A stretch of 45,099 nucleotides of DNA from Chloroflexota bacterium (GCA_043754535.1 JAYUUN010000128.1:1-45099); one strand, 5' to 3'. Numbered from the stretch's first letter, positions 1-8,531 are shown. The notes: a model not told the origin generated them from the sequence alone. Made by a program: numbers and translations.

Positions 1-3
1 GGC

Positions 4-2025
4 TCAGAGCGGGTTGGTTGTCTTGGCGAGGCGCACGGTGGGGATGGTGAAGATGAAGGTGCTACCCTTGCCCTGCACGCTGTCCACCCACATCCGCCCA
101 CCCTGCGCCTCCACCACCTGCTTACAGAAGGTCAGGCCCAGGCCAGTACCGGCCATGTGTCCCGCCTTGCGATTCTGCACCTGGTAGAACTTGTCAAATA
201 TCTTCTGGCCTGCATCGGAGGGGATGCCAATGCCAGTGTCGCGCACGCGCACCTCAACCATGCCGTCATCCATGCGCCCGCTACTGATCGTCAGGCCGCC
301 AGTCTCGGTGAACTTGAGGGCGTTGCTGATCAGGTTGCTGAAAACGCGCGCCAGCTTGGTGCGGTCGCCATAGACAGTCAGCTTACCACCGCCTGGTACA
401 GCCTTCAGGTAGAGACCGCGCTCCGCTGCCGCCCCCTGCATTTGGCTGACCACTTCGGCAATCATATCGTTGAGATCGAGGGGGCGCAGCGCAAGCTGCA
501 TCTGCCCTGCTTCTAGCTTGTAGACATCCAGCATATCACCGATCAGGTTGTTGAGGCTGTTGCAGCTAGCAATTGCCATCTGCACAAAGTTCTGCTGCAC
601 TGGGTTGACTGCGCCAATCGAGGGGTCAGCGATCATGTCCAGGCAGCCAAAGATGCCAGTGATCGGCCCGCGCAGGTCGTGGCTGATCATGTGAACAAAC
701 TCCTCGCGCAGGGCGGCTGCCTCGCGCAGCTTGGTTATGTCGGCCATTGCCACTACGCAGCCAGTTACGCGCCCACCCGCGTCGCGCAGTGCGTCGCAGC
801 TAACCAGCATTGGCACGCGACTGCCGTTGGCCGGGACAATCACGCTCATCTCCATGCCAACTACCTGTTGGCCGCTGCTCAGTACGGTGTGTAGGACACT
901 CGCAAGGCGGCCTTCCTCCTCTGCCAACAACTGCGCTACCTCCAGGCCGATCACCTGCGTGCGGCTTGCCCCTAGCAGGTGAAGGGCGGCGGGGTTGCAA
1001 TTGGTCAGGCGGGTGGCCTGGTCGGTGGTCAGCAACACCTCAGCCAGATTGCTCAGGATCGCTTCGGTACGCTGCTTCTCCTCTACCACTTCCGTGTGCC
1101 TGTAGGCATTGCGAGCTGCAATCATCACCTGGCTGGCGATAGCGGTCAACAAGTCTAGCTGGCCCGCCTGGAAGTGGCCTTTATCGGGGTGGACAAGAGT
1201 CAGCACGCCACCCACCTCCCCCCCACTCATCATTGGCACCGAGACTGCCGAACCGACCTTGATCGGGTCATCGGGGAAGTGTACCCAGCGGTCATCGGTG
1301 TCGGTGTCGGTGATCACCGCCCCTTGTGCGTGGCGGGCGACCCAGCCGCCCAGTCCACTGTCCAACACCTGGTTGACTACGCTCTTGCGCTCCTCGGCGG
1401 GCAGGTAGGCGCGGGCAAGCAGGAAGCGGACGACGCGGCGTTCCTGGTCGAGCAGGAGGATGCTACCTTTGTTCGCGCTCAGATAGTCTACGGTCATCTC
1501 AATTGTCTTGCTCAAAACGCGATCCACGTCGAGGCTGTCATTGAGTGCGTTGCTAACCTGGTAGAGCAGGTCGATCTTATTACGCTCGGCGGTCAGTGCG
1601 TCCTGGGTTCGTTTGAGGCGCAGCAGGGAGCGCACGCGGGCCAGCAGTTCGGGGTAGTTGACTGGCTTGACCAGGTAATCGTCCACACCCATCTCAAGGC
1701 CACGAATCTTGTCGCGCAGGTCGCTCTTGGCGGTAACGATGATAATCGGGATGAAAGGGAGGTGGGGGTTGTTCTTCACCCGCTCAGTCACTTCGTAGCC
1801 ATTGAGGTTGGGCATCATCAGGTCAAGTACGATCAGGTCTGGCACCTGACGGTCAACCTCGGTCAGAGCTTCTACCCCATCACAGGCGGTGACGACCTGG
1901 TAGCCGCCGCCGCGCAAGACAGTGGCGAACAACTCACGGTTGTCTTCGTTGTCGTCCACGACCAGCACGCGCTGGCGGAGGGCTTCGGGCCGGACTTCGC
2001 TTACCTGTTGCAGAGTGGTAGCCAC
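4..2025 (-). CDS. Hybrid sensor histidine kinase (REC-GAF-PAS-HisKA-HATPase)
   Basis: N-terminal receiver (VLVVDD, DLMMP, KPV), GAF segment, PAS (NPAA), H-box SHDLRGP, N-box NLISNALKF, G boxes DTGIG and GTGLGL; no TM helix seen; GTG start. Confidence 0.93.
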   Translation of the reverse strand: MATTLQQVSEVRPEALRQRVLVVDDNEDNRELFATVLRGGGYQVVTACDGVEALTEVDRQVPDLIVLDLMMPNLNGYEVTERVKNNPHLPFIPIIIVTAKSDLRDKIRGLEMGVDDYLVKPVNYPELLARVRSLLRLKRTQDALTAERNKIDLLYQVSNALNDSLDVDRVLSKTIEMTVDYLSANKGSILLLDQERRVVRFLLARAYLPAEERKSVVNQVLDSGLGGWVARHAQGAVITDTDTDDRWVHFPDDPIKVGSAVSVPMMSGGEVGGVLTLVHPDKGHFQAGQLDLLTAIASQVMIAARNAYRHTEVVEEKQRTEAILSNLAEVLLTTDQATRLTNCNPAALHLLGASRTQVIGLEVAQLLAEEEGRLASVLHTVLSSGQQVVGMEMSVIVPANGSRVPMLVSCDALRDAGGRVTGCVVAMADITKLREAAALREEFVHMISHDLRGPITGIFGCLDMIADPSIGAVNPVQQNFVQMAIASCNSLNNLIGDMLDVYKLEAGQMQLALRPLDLNDMIAEVVSQMQGAAAERGLYLKAVPGGGKLTVYGDRTKLARVFSNLISNALKFTETGGLTISSGRMDDGMVEVRVRDTGIGIPSDAGQKIFDKFYQVQNRKAGHMAGTGLGLTFCKQVVEAQGGRMWVDSVQGKGSTFIFTIPTVRLAKTTNPL

Positions 2026-2030
2026 GGCTG

Positions 2031-2741
2031 CTACTTCACCCCGCTGCTGATCGTCACGCCAAAGCGGTAGCCAACCCCACGCTCGGTAATCACGTAGCGG
2101 GTTGGCTCGACGGTGTCGCCTAGCTTGCGCCGCAGGGTACTCATCCGCACCCAGAGCGACTCCAGCCCGCCCTCGTCCTGGAAGTTCCAGGCTCGCCGCA
2201 GCAATATGTCGTTGGTGACGACCTTCCCTTCGTTCTGGATCAGGCAGAAAAGCAGGCGCGACTCGATGGGCGAGAGGTGGATTTGCTTGCCGCTGACTAC
2301 TGCCGTGTGGCGGGCAAAGTTGATCGACAGGCCATCGTCCACTAGCAGTTCGCCACCACTGTCTAGCAGGGCGTTGTTGATGCGCGAGAGCAGGCGGTTG
2401 ACGCGGGCGCGCAACTCTGGGTAGCGGAACGGCTTGTTGATGTAGTCGTCGGCGTAGTTCTCCAATCCCTGCACGATAGTATGCTCGTCGGCAACAGCAG
2501 TGAGCATGATCACTGGCACCTCGACATACTTTTGTAGGCGGCGGCTTAGTTCGAAGCCACTCATGCCCGGCAGCATCAGGTCAAGGATCGCCAGGTTGGG
2601 GAGGGTAGTCTCCACCTTGTTGAGTGCCTCGTTGCCGCTGCGGGCGGCCACCACCTCAAAGCCGTCGTTGGTCAGATTGACCCGCAGCAGATTAAGGATC
2701 GTTTCGTCATCATCAACAACAAGGATACGCTGCCTACTCAT
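2031..2741 (-). CDS. OmpR/PhoB-family response regulator
   Basis: ILVVDDD, DLMLPG, KPF receiver plus C-terminal winged helix ending TERGVGYRF; AAGGAGG RBS; ends 5 bp upstream of the kinase. Confidence 0.95.
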   Translation of the reverse strand: MSRQRILVVDDDETILNLLRVNLTNDGFEVVAARSGNEALNKVETTLPNLAILDLMLPGMSGFELSRRLQKYVEVPVIMLTAVADEHTIVQGLENYADDYINKPFRYPELRARVNRLLSRINNALLDSGGELLVDDGLSINFARHTAVVSGKQIHLSPIESRLLFCLIQNEGKVVTNDILLRRAWNFQDEGGLESLWVRMSTLRRKLGDTVEPTRYVITERGVGYRFGVTISSGVK

Positions 2742-2749
2742 GCCTTCCT

Positions 2750-2768
2750 CCTTACCAAAACCTTACCA
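2750..2768 (-). promoter_or_regulatory. Perfect 8-bp direct repeat with 11-bp period (TGGTAAGG-ttt-TGGTAAGG on minus strand); candidate OmpR-type autoregulatory site
   Basis: CCTTACCA at 2750-2757 and 2761-2768, between the minus-strand TGCTATAAT -10 (about 2777-2785) and the start codon; the downstream copy overlaps the RBS. Confidence 0.5.
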
Positions 2769-2932
2769 GTAGGCTTATTATAGCACGTATCTGGTGCGGT
2801 TGCAAAGCCGTTGGCAGCGGTAGCTGTTCAGCGATGTGAGCAGAGCAAAGCAGCCCTTTCAACCGCATCTGGTAGGCCGAGATCGTGTATACTAGCCCTA
2901 GCAACCGCGTACCCTCGGCGCAAGGATGGGCC

Positions 2933-3838
2933 ATGCAAACCACCAGCCTCAGCCTACAACCAACAGCACCCTACAGCTTCACCCACGCCTGCACCTACCT
3001 GGCGACCGCCTCTACTGCCGTGCTGGATCGGGTGGGCGAACGCAGCTATGCAAGGGCGGTGCGGCTGGGAGGCCACGACCTGCTGATCAGCATTACCGCT
3101 AGCGAAGAAGCAAGCAGCCTGCAACTTACCGTCAGCGGCGCGAGCTTGGACGAGGACGCGCTAGAGGCAGCAGTGGCCTGGGTGCGGCACACCTTTGCGC
3201 TGGACGAGGATGTGAGCGAGTTTGAGCGGCTGGGCGCAGGCGACCCGATCTTCGGCTCATTGATCGCCCGCTACCCTGGCCTGCGGCTAACGCTGATCGC
3301 CGAGCCGTTTGAGGCTCTGCTCTGGGCGGTGATCGGCCAGCAGGTGAACATCGCCTTCGCCCGCAAGCTGCGCCTGACCCTGCTGGAGTTGTCTGGCCGT
3401 GAGGGAGAGTTTGCTGGTGAACGCTATCCGCTGATGCCCATGCCAGCGACGGTGGCTGCACTCGACCCGACAGTACTGCGCGCCCGCCAATTCAGCCAGC
3501 AGAAGGCTAGCTACGTGATTGGCCTGGGCGCAGCGGTGGCAAGCGGCGCACTGGACTTTGCTGCGGTCGCAGCCCTCCCGCCTGCTGAAGCACGCACCTA
3601 CCTGACTGGTTTTCGCGGCGTGGGCCGCTGGACGGCAGAGTACCTGCTGATGCGTGGCCTGGGTCAGCGCGACAGCATCCCCGCCGCCGATGTGGGCTTG
3701 CAAACGGTGATAGGGCGGCACTATGGCTACGGCAGAAAAGCGACCGAAGCCGAAGTGCGGGGGCTGGCCGAACAATGGCTGGGCTGGCGCAGTTGGGCGG
3801 CCTTCTACTGGTGGTTCGCCTTGCAGCGTGGGGATTAA
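2933..3838 (+). CDS. alkA: DNA-3-methyladenine glycosylase II (AlkA family)
   Basis: AlkA N-terminal domain, FEALLWAVIGQQV, HhH motif FRGVGRWTAEY, catalytic Asp in PAADVGL, WRSWAA; ATG 2933 follows AAGGA. Confidence 0.9.
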   Translation: MQTTSLSLQPTAPYSFTHACTYLATASTAVLDRVGERSYARAVRLGGHDLLISITASEEASSLQLTVSGASLDEDALEAAVAWVRHTFALDEDVSEFERLGAGDPIFGSLIARYPGLRLTLIAEPFEALLWAVIGQQVNIAFARKLRLTLLELSGREGEFAGERYPLMPMPATVAALDPTVLRARQFSQQKASYVIGLGAAVASGALDFAAVAALPPAEARTYLTGFRGVGRWTAEYLLMRGLGQRDSIPAADVGLQTVIGRHYGYGRKATEAEVRGLAEQWLGWRSWAAFYWWFALQRGD

Positions 3839-3924
3839 GGAGGCAGTCGGCCTGGCAGAGGGCTGGGCAGGGCTCGTGTCTCCCTTGTGGCAGGGGTTTG
3901 GCTCGCAGCCACAAACCTTCACAG

Positions 3925-3960
3925 CAAAAGGGTGCGCCAGCCACAACTAGCGCACCCTTG
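3925..3960 (-). terminator. Intrinsic terminator of the opsin gene
   Basis: Stem AAGGGTGCGC (3928-3937) / GCGCACCCTT (3950-3959) with a T-run on the minus strand, just downstream of the opsin stop. Confidence 0.7.
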
Positions 3961-3972
3961 AGCTTGCGAAAA

Positions 3973-4677
3973 CTAGCCAGTTACCTTGTTGCCAGCTGGA
4001 GCCGGATCAGGGATGCGGTTGAGCGCACTGAGCAGGATGAAACCGAAGCCCACCTTTGCGATCACGTCCATAATTGCGAAGGCAGCTACTTCGATATCCT
4101 GGCCGAACAGCTTCAGACCCTCGGTGCCAAGCAGCCAGGCTACGGGGTAGAAAAGCCAAAGGACAACCAGGATGCTGCTCAACGAGTTGAAGGTAGCCAA
4201 CGACTCGGCACTCTGGCTGGCTGCCTCGGCACGTACCTGCCCAAAGAGCAAGAAGTAGATGGCTAGCAGCGCAACGCAGCTTACGATGTAGAACGTCCAG
4301 CGCATGGTGTCGTTGTTCGAGAGGGTGGCGATCAGGCCAGTCAGGATCATGAACACGTCTGCACCAATCAGGCCGCCAATGAGGGTGCCGCGATTGCGCG
4401 AAGCAAACGGCATTGCCAGCAGGGCCAGATCCAGCAAGAGCAACGGGGTGGTCAACACCCAGTCGAGGTAGCGGGCGTAGTAGACCTCGCGGGTACCAAC
4501 GATGGTGATACCGCTGCCGAGGGCCATCGCCAGGTAAGAAGCGGCTGCGATTAGCGGGACGAAGAAGGTGATCACATAGTGGTCACGGTGGTTCTTTGCG
4601 CTCAGGCTCATCGCCAGGAACGCAGCTGCGCCAAGAGCCATCCCTGCTACGCCGACCCACAGAAAAGTAGACTGCAT
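3973..4677 (-). CDS. Microbial rhodopsin, bacteriorhodopsin-like DTD proton-pump type (234 aa)
   Basis: Seven hydrophobic helices; helix C RYLDWVLTTPLLLLD, helix F WLFYPVAW, GTEG loop, helix G DVIAKVGFG with retinal Lys; start ATG 4677 after TAAGGAG. Confidence 0.96.
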   Translation of the reverse strand: MQSTFLWVGVAGMALGAAAFLAMSLSAKNHRDHYVITFFVPLIAAASYLAMALGSGITIVGTREVYYARYLDWVLTTPLLLLDLALLAMPFASRNRGTLIGGLIGADVFMILTGLIATLSNNDTMRWTFYIVSCVALLAIYFLLFGQVRAEAASQSAESLATFNSLSSILVVLWLFYPVAWLLGTEGLKLFGQDIEVAAFAIMDVIAKVGFGFILLSALNRIPDPAPAGNKVTG

Positions 4678-4822
4678 ACAATTCTCCTTAGAATGAGATG
4701 CCAATTGTCAGACTAGCAACGTTGCTTGACGACCCAGCATAGTTACCGAGCGGTCACGTCTTGGCAGGCGAGATCAGGGGGGTTAGCCTATTTGTGGTGG
4801 GTCGGAGCTTTGTTCTGACCAG

Positions 4823-4851
4823 ATTATAGCTTCTTGCACAGCCTTTGTCAA
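4823..4851 (-). promoter_or_regulatory. Consensus sigma70 promoter of the opsin gene
   Basis: Minus strand TTGACA (4851-4846), 17 bp, TATAAT (4828-4823); implies a leader of about 140 nt. Confidence 0.85.
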
Positions 4852-4874
4852 GGGTTTGCATAGAACCTGGATAG
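4835..4874 (-). promoter_or_regulatory. Four 11-bp-phased cTnnnCA repeats over the -35; CarH/LitR-like operator candidate
   Basis: Minus strand cTATCCA-ggtt-cTATGCA-aacc-cTTGACA-aagg-cTGTGCA; hexamers begin at + coordinates 4868, 4857, 4846, 4835. Confidence 0.5.
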
Positions 4875-4969
4875 ACTTCGCCTAAAATTAGGCTAGACAC
4901 GAAAAGCCCTATCAGGTACATCGCGCTTTAGCTGGCTGCTAGCGGGCGGTAGGCTGTATAGGCGGAGAT

Positions 4970-6130
4970 TTAGCCGCCACCTAGCCGAATGACCAGGCTG
5001 GGCCGATAGGTATTATAGTTGACGGTGTAGCTGTCCAGTACCCGCATATCAACCCGCACCCCGATGCCAGGCAGGTTGGGGACGCTGATCGTGCCGCGAT
5101 GGGGGCCGCTGCTGACCAGTTGGAAGGGAGCAGCGATCACGTCCTCAGCGTAGAAGCGGTTGCTAGCTGATGTGTCGCCAACCATCGTCAGCCCTGGCAG
5201 ACTGGCGACCGCCAGGTTGATCGCCCGGCCAATGCCCGTCTCCAACATTCCACCGCACCAGGCTGGGATGCCATGCTGCTGGCAGTAGGCATGGATCGCT
5301 AGCGTTTCGCTCAGACCACCCACCCGTCCGCGCTTGAGGTTAACGACCTTGCCTGCGCCGATCTCATGCATCTTCCGCACGTCGTCGCGGCTGCGCAAGC
5401 TCTCATCCAGGCAGATCGGGGTGCGTAGCTGCGGCTGCAACTGGGCATGGTCGATCAGGTCATCCTCACCGAGCGGCTGCTCGATCAGCAGCAGGCCATA
5501 GTCGTCAAGCTGCTTGAGCAAGGCTACGTGTTCGTCGCTCAGGGTGTAGGCCGAGTTTGCGTCCACCTGCAAGGGGATGTCGGGAAAGCGGGCGCGGATC
5601 GCCTGCACCGGCCCGACCTCGCGCCCCGGCTTGACCTTGATCTTGATCCGACGGTAGCCCTGTGCGATGAAGCCCGCCACCTCCTCGACCAACGTCGCCT
5701 CGTCCGCCGCGATGCCAATACTCACCCCAGCGGGGATCTGCTGGCGGCTGCCACCGAGGAACTTCCAGAGCGGCTGACCAGCCTGCTGCGCCGCGATGTC
5801 CCACAATGCCTCCTCCAACGCCGCCTTCGCCATACGATTGCCGCGTATCCAGGCGTAGCGTGCTGCATAATCCTGCGGCGACTGCACTGGGTTGTCCAGC
5901 AGGTTGGGGATGATGTACTGGCTGAGGATGTGGCGGGCAGTAGCAGTATCTTCCTCGTTGTAGTTGGGCAGGCTGAACGCACTGCACTCGCCCCAACCGA
6001 CGATGCCCTCGGCAGAGGTCGCGCTGAGAACGATCACCTCACGAGTAATATCACGGCCAAAGCTGGTCTCGAACGGGGCAAGCAGTGGTAGGCGCAGCAC
6101 GCGCATCTCCACTCTGGCTAGGCTGATCAT
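4970..6130 (-). CDS. menC: o-succinylbenzoate synthase / N-succinylamino acid racemase (NSAR/OSBS subfamily, enolase superfamily)
   Basis: PFETSFG capping loop, KIK catalytic motif, metal ligands in DAN, EQP and LDES, WCGGMLETGIGRA, GDTSAS. Confidence 0.88.
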   Translation of the reverse strand: MISLARVEMRVLRLPLLAPFETSFGRDITREVIVLSATSAEGIVGWGECSAFSLPNYNEEDTATARHILSQYIIPNLLDNPVQSPQDYAARYAWIRGNRMAKAALEEALWDIAAQQAGQPLWKFLGGSRQQIPAGVSIGIAADEATLVEEVAGFIAQGYRRIKIKVKPGREVGPVQAIRARFPDIPLQVDANSAYTLSDEHVALLKQLDDYGLLLIEQPLGEDDLIDHAQLQPQLRTPICLDESLRSRDDVRKMHEIGAGKVVNLKRGRVGGLSETLAIHAYCQQHGIPAWCGGMLETGIGRAINLAVASLPGLTMVGDTSASNRFYAEDVIAAPFQLVSSGPHRGTISVPNLPGIGVRVDMRVLDSYTVNYNTYRPSLVIRLGGG

Positions 6131-6153
6131 CTTTCATCCTCCCCTGGGACGGT

Positions 6154-7119
6154 TCAGACCGTCGTCATCTCCAACTGGTAGAAGACGCGTCGTTCGCCAG
6201 CAAAGCGGCTGCGCACCATGCCAGTGACGAAGTAACCACGCCCAAAGTAGTGCTGAAAGAGGGCGCGGGTCTGCATCCGCCAGTGCAGGGCGGCTTCGGG
6301 ATCGTGGTTGCGTATCTTGTCAATATCGGCGGGGATTTCGGCCCAGACCATGCCAAGCGGCGTGTCCAGGTCGATCTGATCAAGCAGGCGGTAGCCCTCC
6401 GCGTGCAGGCTGGTGGCGGTCACTAGCTGGTGATCCTGTAGCTGGAATGGCTCCTCGTCGGGGGGGGTAGAACGGCGGGGCGGTTGCTGCCAGTTAACCT
6501 GCTCGTTGAAGCTACGTAGTTGCTCGCTGAGGGGGCGACCCACCCTCCCCACTACCCGCGCACTCCGCAAGGCCCAATCCGCCGTGAAGCGGTCAGTGGG
6601 CAAGCCAGAGTGGGTGGCACTGTGCAGTTCACCATAGAGGTTGAGGGTATACTCCTTCGCGGTACAACCGAGCTTGACGATGTTGAACCAGGCGTTGCGG
6701 GCAACCAGCGGGTCGTAAGTCCAGGCCATCAACTCCAGGCCCTGGGCCATCACCGCCTCGCGCTGGGATAGCTTGAGCAAGTAGCCAATGTTGTGCTGCT
6801 GGTACTCTGGCAAGACGGCTAGCATATCGGAGTAGTGGAAGGCTTTACCGCCCCGTAGCCCCGTCCAACCCAGAGCGAAACCGACCAGTTGCGCGGCTTC
6901 GGTCCGTCTGCGTGGGCTGACTGTAGTACGGTAGGCACCGATCACGGCCCCGCCGCTCTTTTGGATCGCAATCAGGCTGTGGGCGGGGATCAGGTCGCGG
7001 TCGCTGAAGCCCCAGGCGGCGGCTTGCAGATCGCTGACCGCCTCGGCCTCCATGATGCCGTAGACAGGGCGAATGCTAAGCTGGGCTGGGGCGGTGGGCT
7101 GTTCATTCTTGCTGGTCAT
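6154..7119 (-). CDS. GNAT-family acyltransferase, probable D-amino-acid N-succinyltransferase partner of NSAR
   Basis: HYSDMLAVLPEYQ..IGYLLK, WTYDPL..RNAWFNIVKLG, LPTDRF..W, WRMQTR motifs; immediately upstream of the NSAR/OSBS gene. Confidence 0.8.
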   Translation of the reverse strand: MTSKNEQPTAPAQLSIRPVYGIMEAEAVSDLQAAAWGFSDRDLIPAHSLIAIQKSGGAVIGAYRTTVSPRRRTEAAQLVGFALGWTGLRGGKAFHYSDMLAVLPEYQQHNIGYLLKLSQREAVMAQGLELMAWTYDPLVARNAWFNIVKLGCTAKEYTLNLYGELHSATHSGLPTDRFTADWALRSARVVGRVGRPLSEQLRSFNEQVNWQQPPRRSTPPDEEPFQLQDHQLVTATSLHAEGYRLLDQIDLDTPLGMVWAEIPADIDKIRNHDPEAALHWRMQTRALFQHYFGRGYFVTGMVRSRFAGERRVFYQLEMTTV

Positions 7120-7124
7120 GCTCT

Positions 7125-7154
7125 ATTATAACACAGGGCTGGCTATGCTATAAT
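7125..7154. promoter_or_regulatory. Back-to-back extended -10 promoters (GNAT operon, probably leaderless; GT87 gene)
   Basis: Minus TGTTATAAT (TATAAT 7130-7125) ends 5 nt before ATG 7119; plus TGCTATAAT 7146-7154 precedes the GAGGAGG RBS. Confidence 0.7.
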
Positions 7155-7188
7155 GAGCCATCACCGCTTTTGAGGAGGATGCGCCCGC

Positions 7189-8499
7189 GTGAACAAAGCC
7201 CTGGCCGCCGCTGTTGCCGTGCTGCTGCTCGCCCCCTACCTCTGGCTAGCCCTCAGCCTGGAGCCAACGACCAACGGGCAGGACTTCTTGGAGAACGGCT
7301 GGCTACCCGCCCGCTTGATCCTGCTGGGCGACAACCCCTACCAGCCCGATCAGGCGACCGTCCACCAACTTGCCGACCGCTACACCCTCGCCACCTCTGA
7401 CCCGATTGACCAGCAGCAGTTCAACTCTGGCCGCGAGTACCATGCGATCTACCCCTACTGGGCGTTGCTGGCCGCCACCCCCTTCTCCACCCTCGACTTT
7501 CCCCTGGCCCTGCGTCTCTGGACGCTGCTCAACGGCCTGCTGCTCTTGCTGGGCGGCTACCTCGCTTTCAAGGCAGCAGGCGGCTACTTTGCGCCAGTCC
7601 TAGCCTGGCAGGCACAACTGCCACTGCTCGTCCTCAGTGGCGGTCTCGCGCTCTACCTGCTGGCAGGGGTTGCCTACTTCGTCTACCGACCTGCCATCGC
7701 TAATCTCTACATTGGGCAGCACTCGATCATCATCTTTGCCTTGCTTGCCCTCGTCTACCACTTGAGCCGCCCAGTCGGTGATGGTGTAGCCCAGCCCGCA
7801 AGCTGGGAGGTGCTGTCAGGTATTGCCCTCGCACTGGCAACCTTTAAGCCGCAACTGGTGGGGCTGGTGGTGCTGTTGGCCCTGTTGGTCTGGCTATGGG
7901 GGCGTAGGTGGCGACCAGTACTCGGCTTCGTACTTACAGGGCTGCTGCTCAATCTCGCGCCGTTGCTCCTGGCTCCCACTGCCCTGGCCGACTGGCTGAA
8001 GGTTAGCTTCAGCGGGCAGCAGCAGGCTACCCGCATGGCCCCGGTGGCTACCTCCTGGTGGGGGACGAGCTACAACCTGACGGGCGGCGGCTGGCTGCTG
8101 GCGGTTGTCTTCAGCCTGCTCACCCTCGCGCTGCTCGCCCGGCCCTGGTGGGTGGCGATCAACAGCGGGCGGCTAGCTAACGCCATGCCACTCACCGTGA
8201 TCGTTGGTCTGCTGATCACCCCCTACACCCTCGTTTATGACCAGGTGCTGTTGCTGCTGCCCTTCGCCTGGCTCTGGCTGGCAACGGGAGCGACCAACCC
8301 AAGAGTAGCGATTTACCTGCGGGTCAGCCTGCTCCTCTGGCTAACCTTCCTCTCTGTGCTACTAGGTGCTTTCGTAGAGGACCGCTATGGCTACCGCGCA
8401 GTGATCCAGACGGCCAGCTTGCTGCTGCTCTATGGCGTGGTTGTCTACCTGCGCCAACCAGCCACCAAGCGAGAACCAGCCACCCCAGCCAGCACTTGA
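7189..8499 (+). CDS. Polytopic membrane glycosyltransferase, GT87/DUF2029-like (GT-C fold)
   Basis: About 11 TM segments; GQDF, G.NPY, YPYW, GQ, FKPQ and PY..YD motifs typical of GT87; GTG start after GAGGAGG. Confidence 0.75.
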   Translation: MNKALAAAVAVLLLAPYLWLALSLEPTTNGQDFLENGWLPARLILLGDNPYQPDQATVHQLADRYTLATSDPIDQQQFNSGREYHAIYPYWALLAATPFSTLDFPLALRLWTLLNGLLLLLGGYLAFKAAGGYFAPVLAWQAQLPLLVLSGGLALYLLAGVAYFVYRPAIANLYIGQHSIIIFALLALVYHLSRPVGDGVAQPASWEVLSGIALALATFKPQLVGLVVLLALLVWLWGRRWRPVLGFVLTGLLLNLAPLLLAPTALADWLKVSFSGQQQATRMAPVATSWWGTSYNLTGGGWLLAVVFSLLTLALLARPWWVAINSGRLANAMPLTVIVGLLITPYTLVYDQVLLLLPFAWLWLATGATNPRVAIYLRVSLLLWLTFLSVLLGAFVEDRYGYRAVIQTASLLLLYGVVVYLRQPATKREPATPAST

Positions 8500-8531
8500 C
8501 ATTTAGCTGCCCTTGTGGTACATTTGTGCTA
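8496..8531 (+). promoter_or_regulatory. mutL promoter with overlapping SOS-box-like imperfect palindrome
   Basis: TTGACA 8496-8501, 17 bp, TACATT 8519-8524; GGTACATTTGTGCT (8517-8530) overlaps the -10. Confidence 0.55.

Noticed and set aside
1174..2070. 298-aa plus-strand ORF and similar long antisense ORFs (19959-20708, 22380-23078, 24800-25813, 33188-34045, 35540-36313)
   Set aside because: Each lies opposite a well-supported gene and shows no recognisable family.
3973..4677. Opsin as xenorhodopsin, sensory, chloride or sodium pump
   Set aside because: D212-equivalent Asp retained (no Pro), DTD rather than DTA/DTG/TSA/NTQ/NDQ, Ala at the 215 position and no transducer gene.
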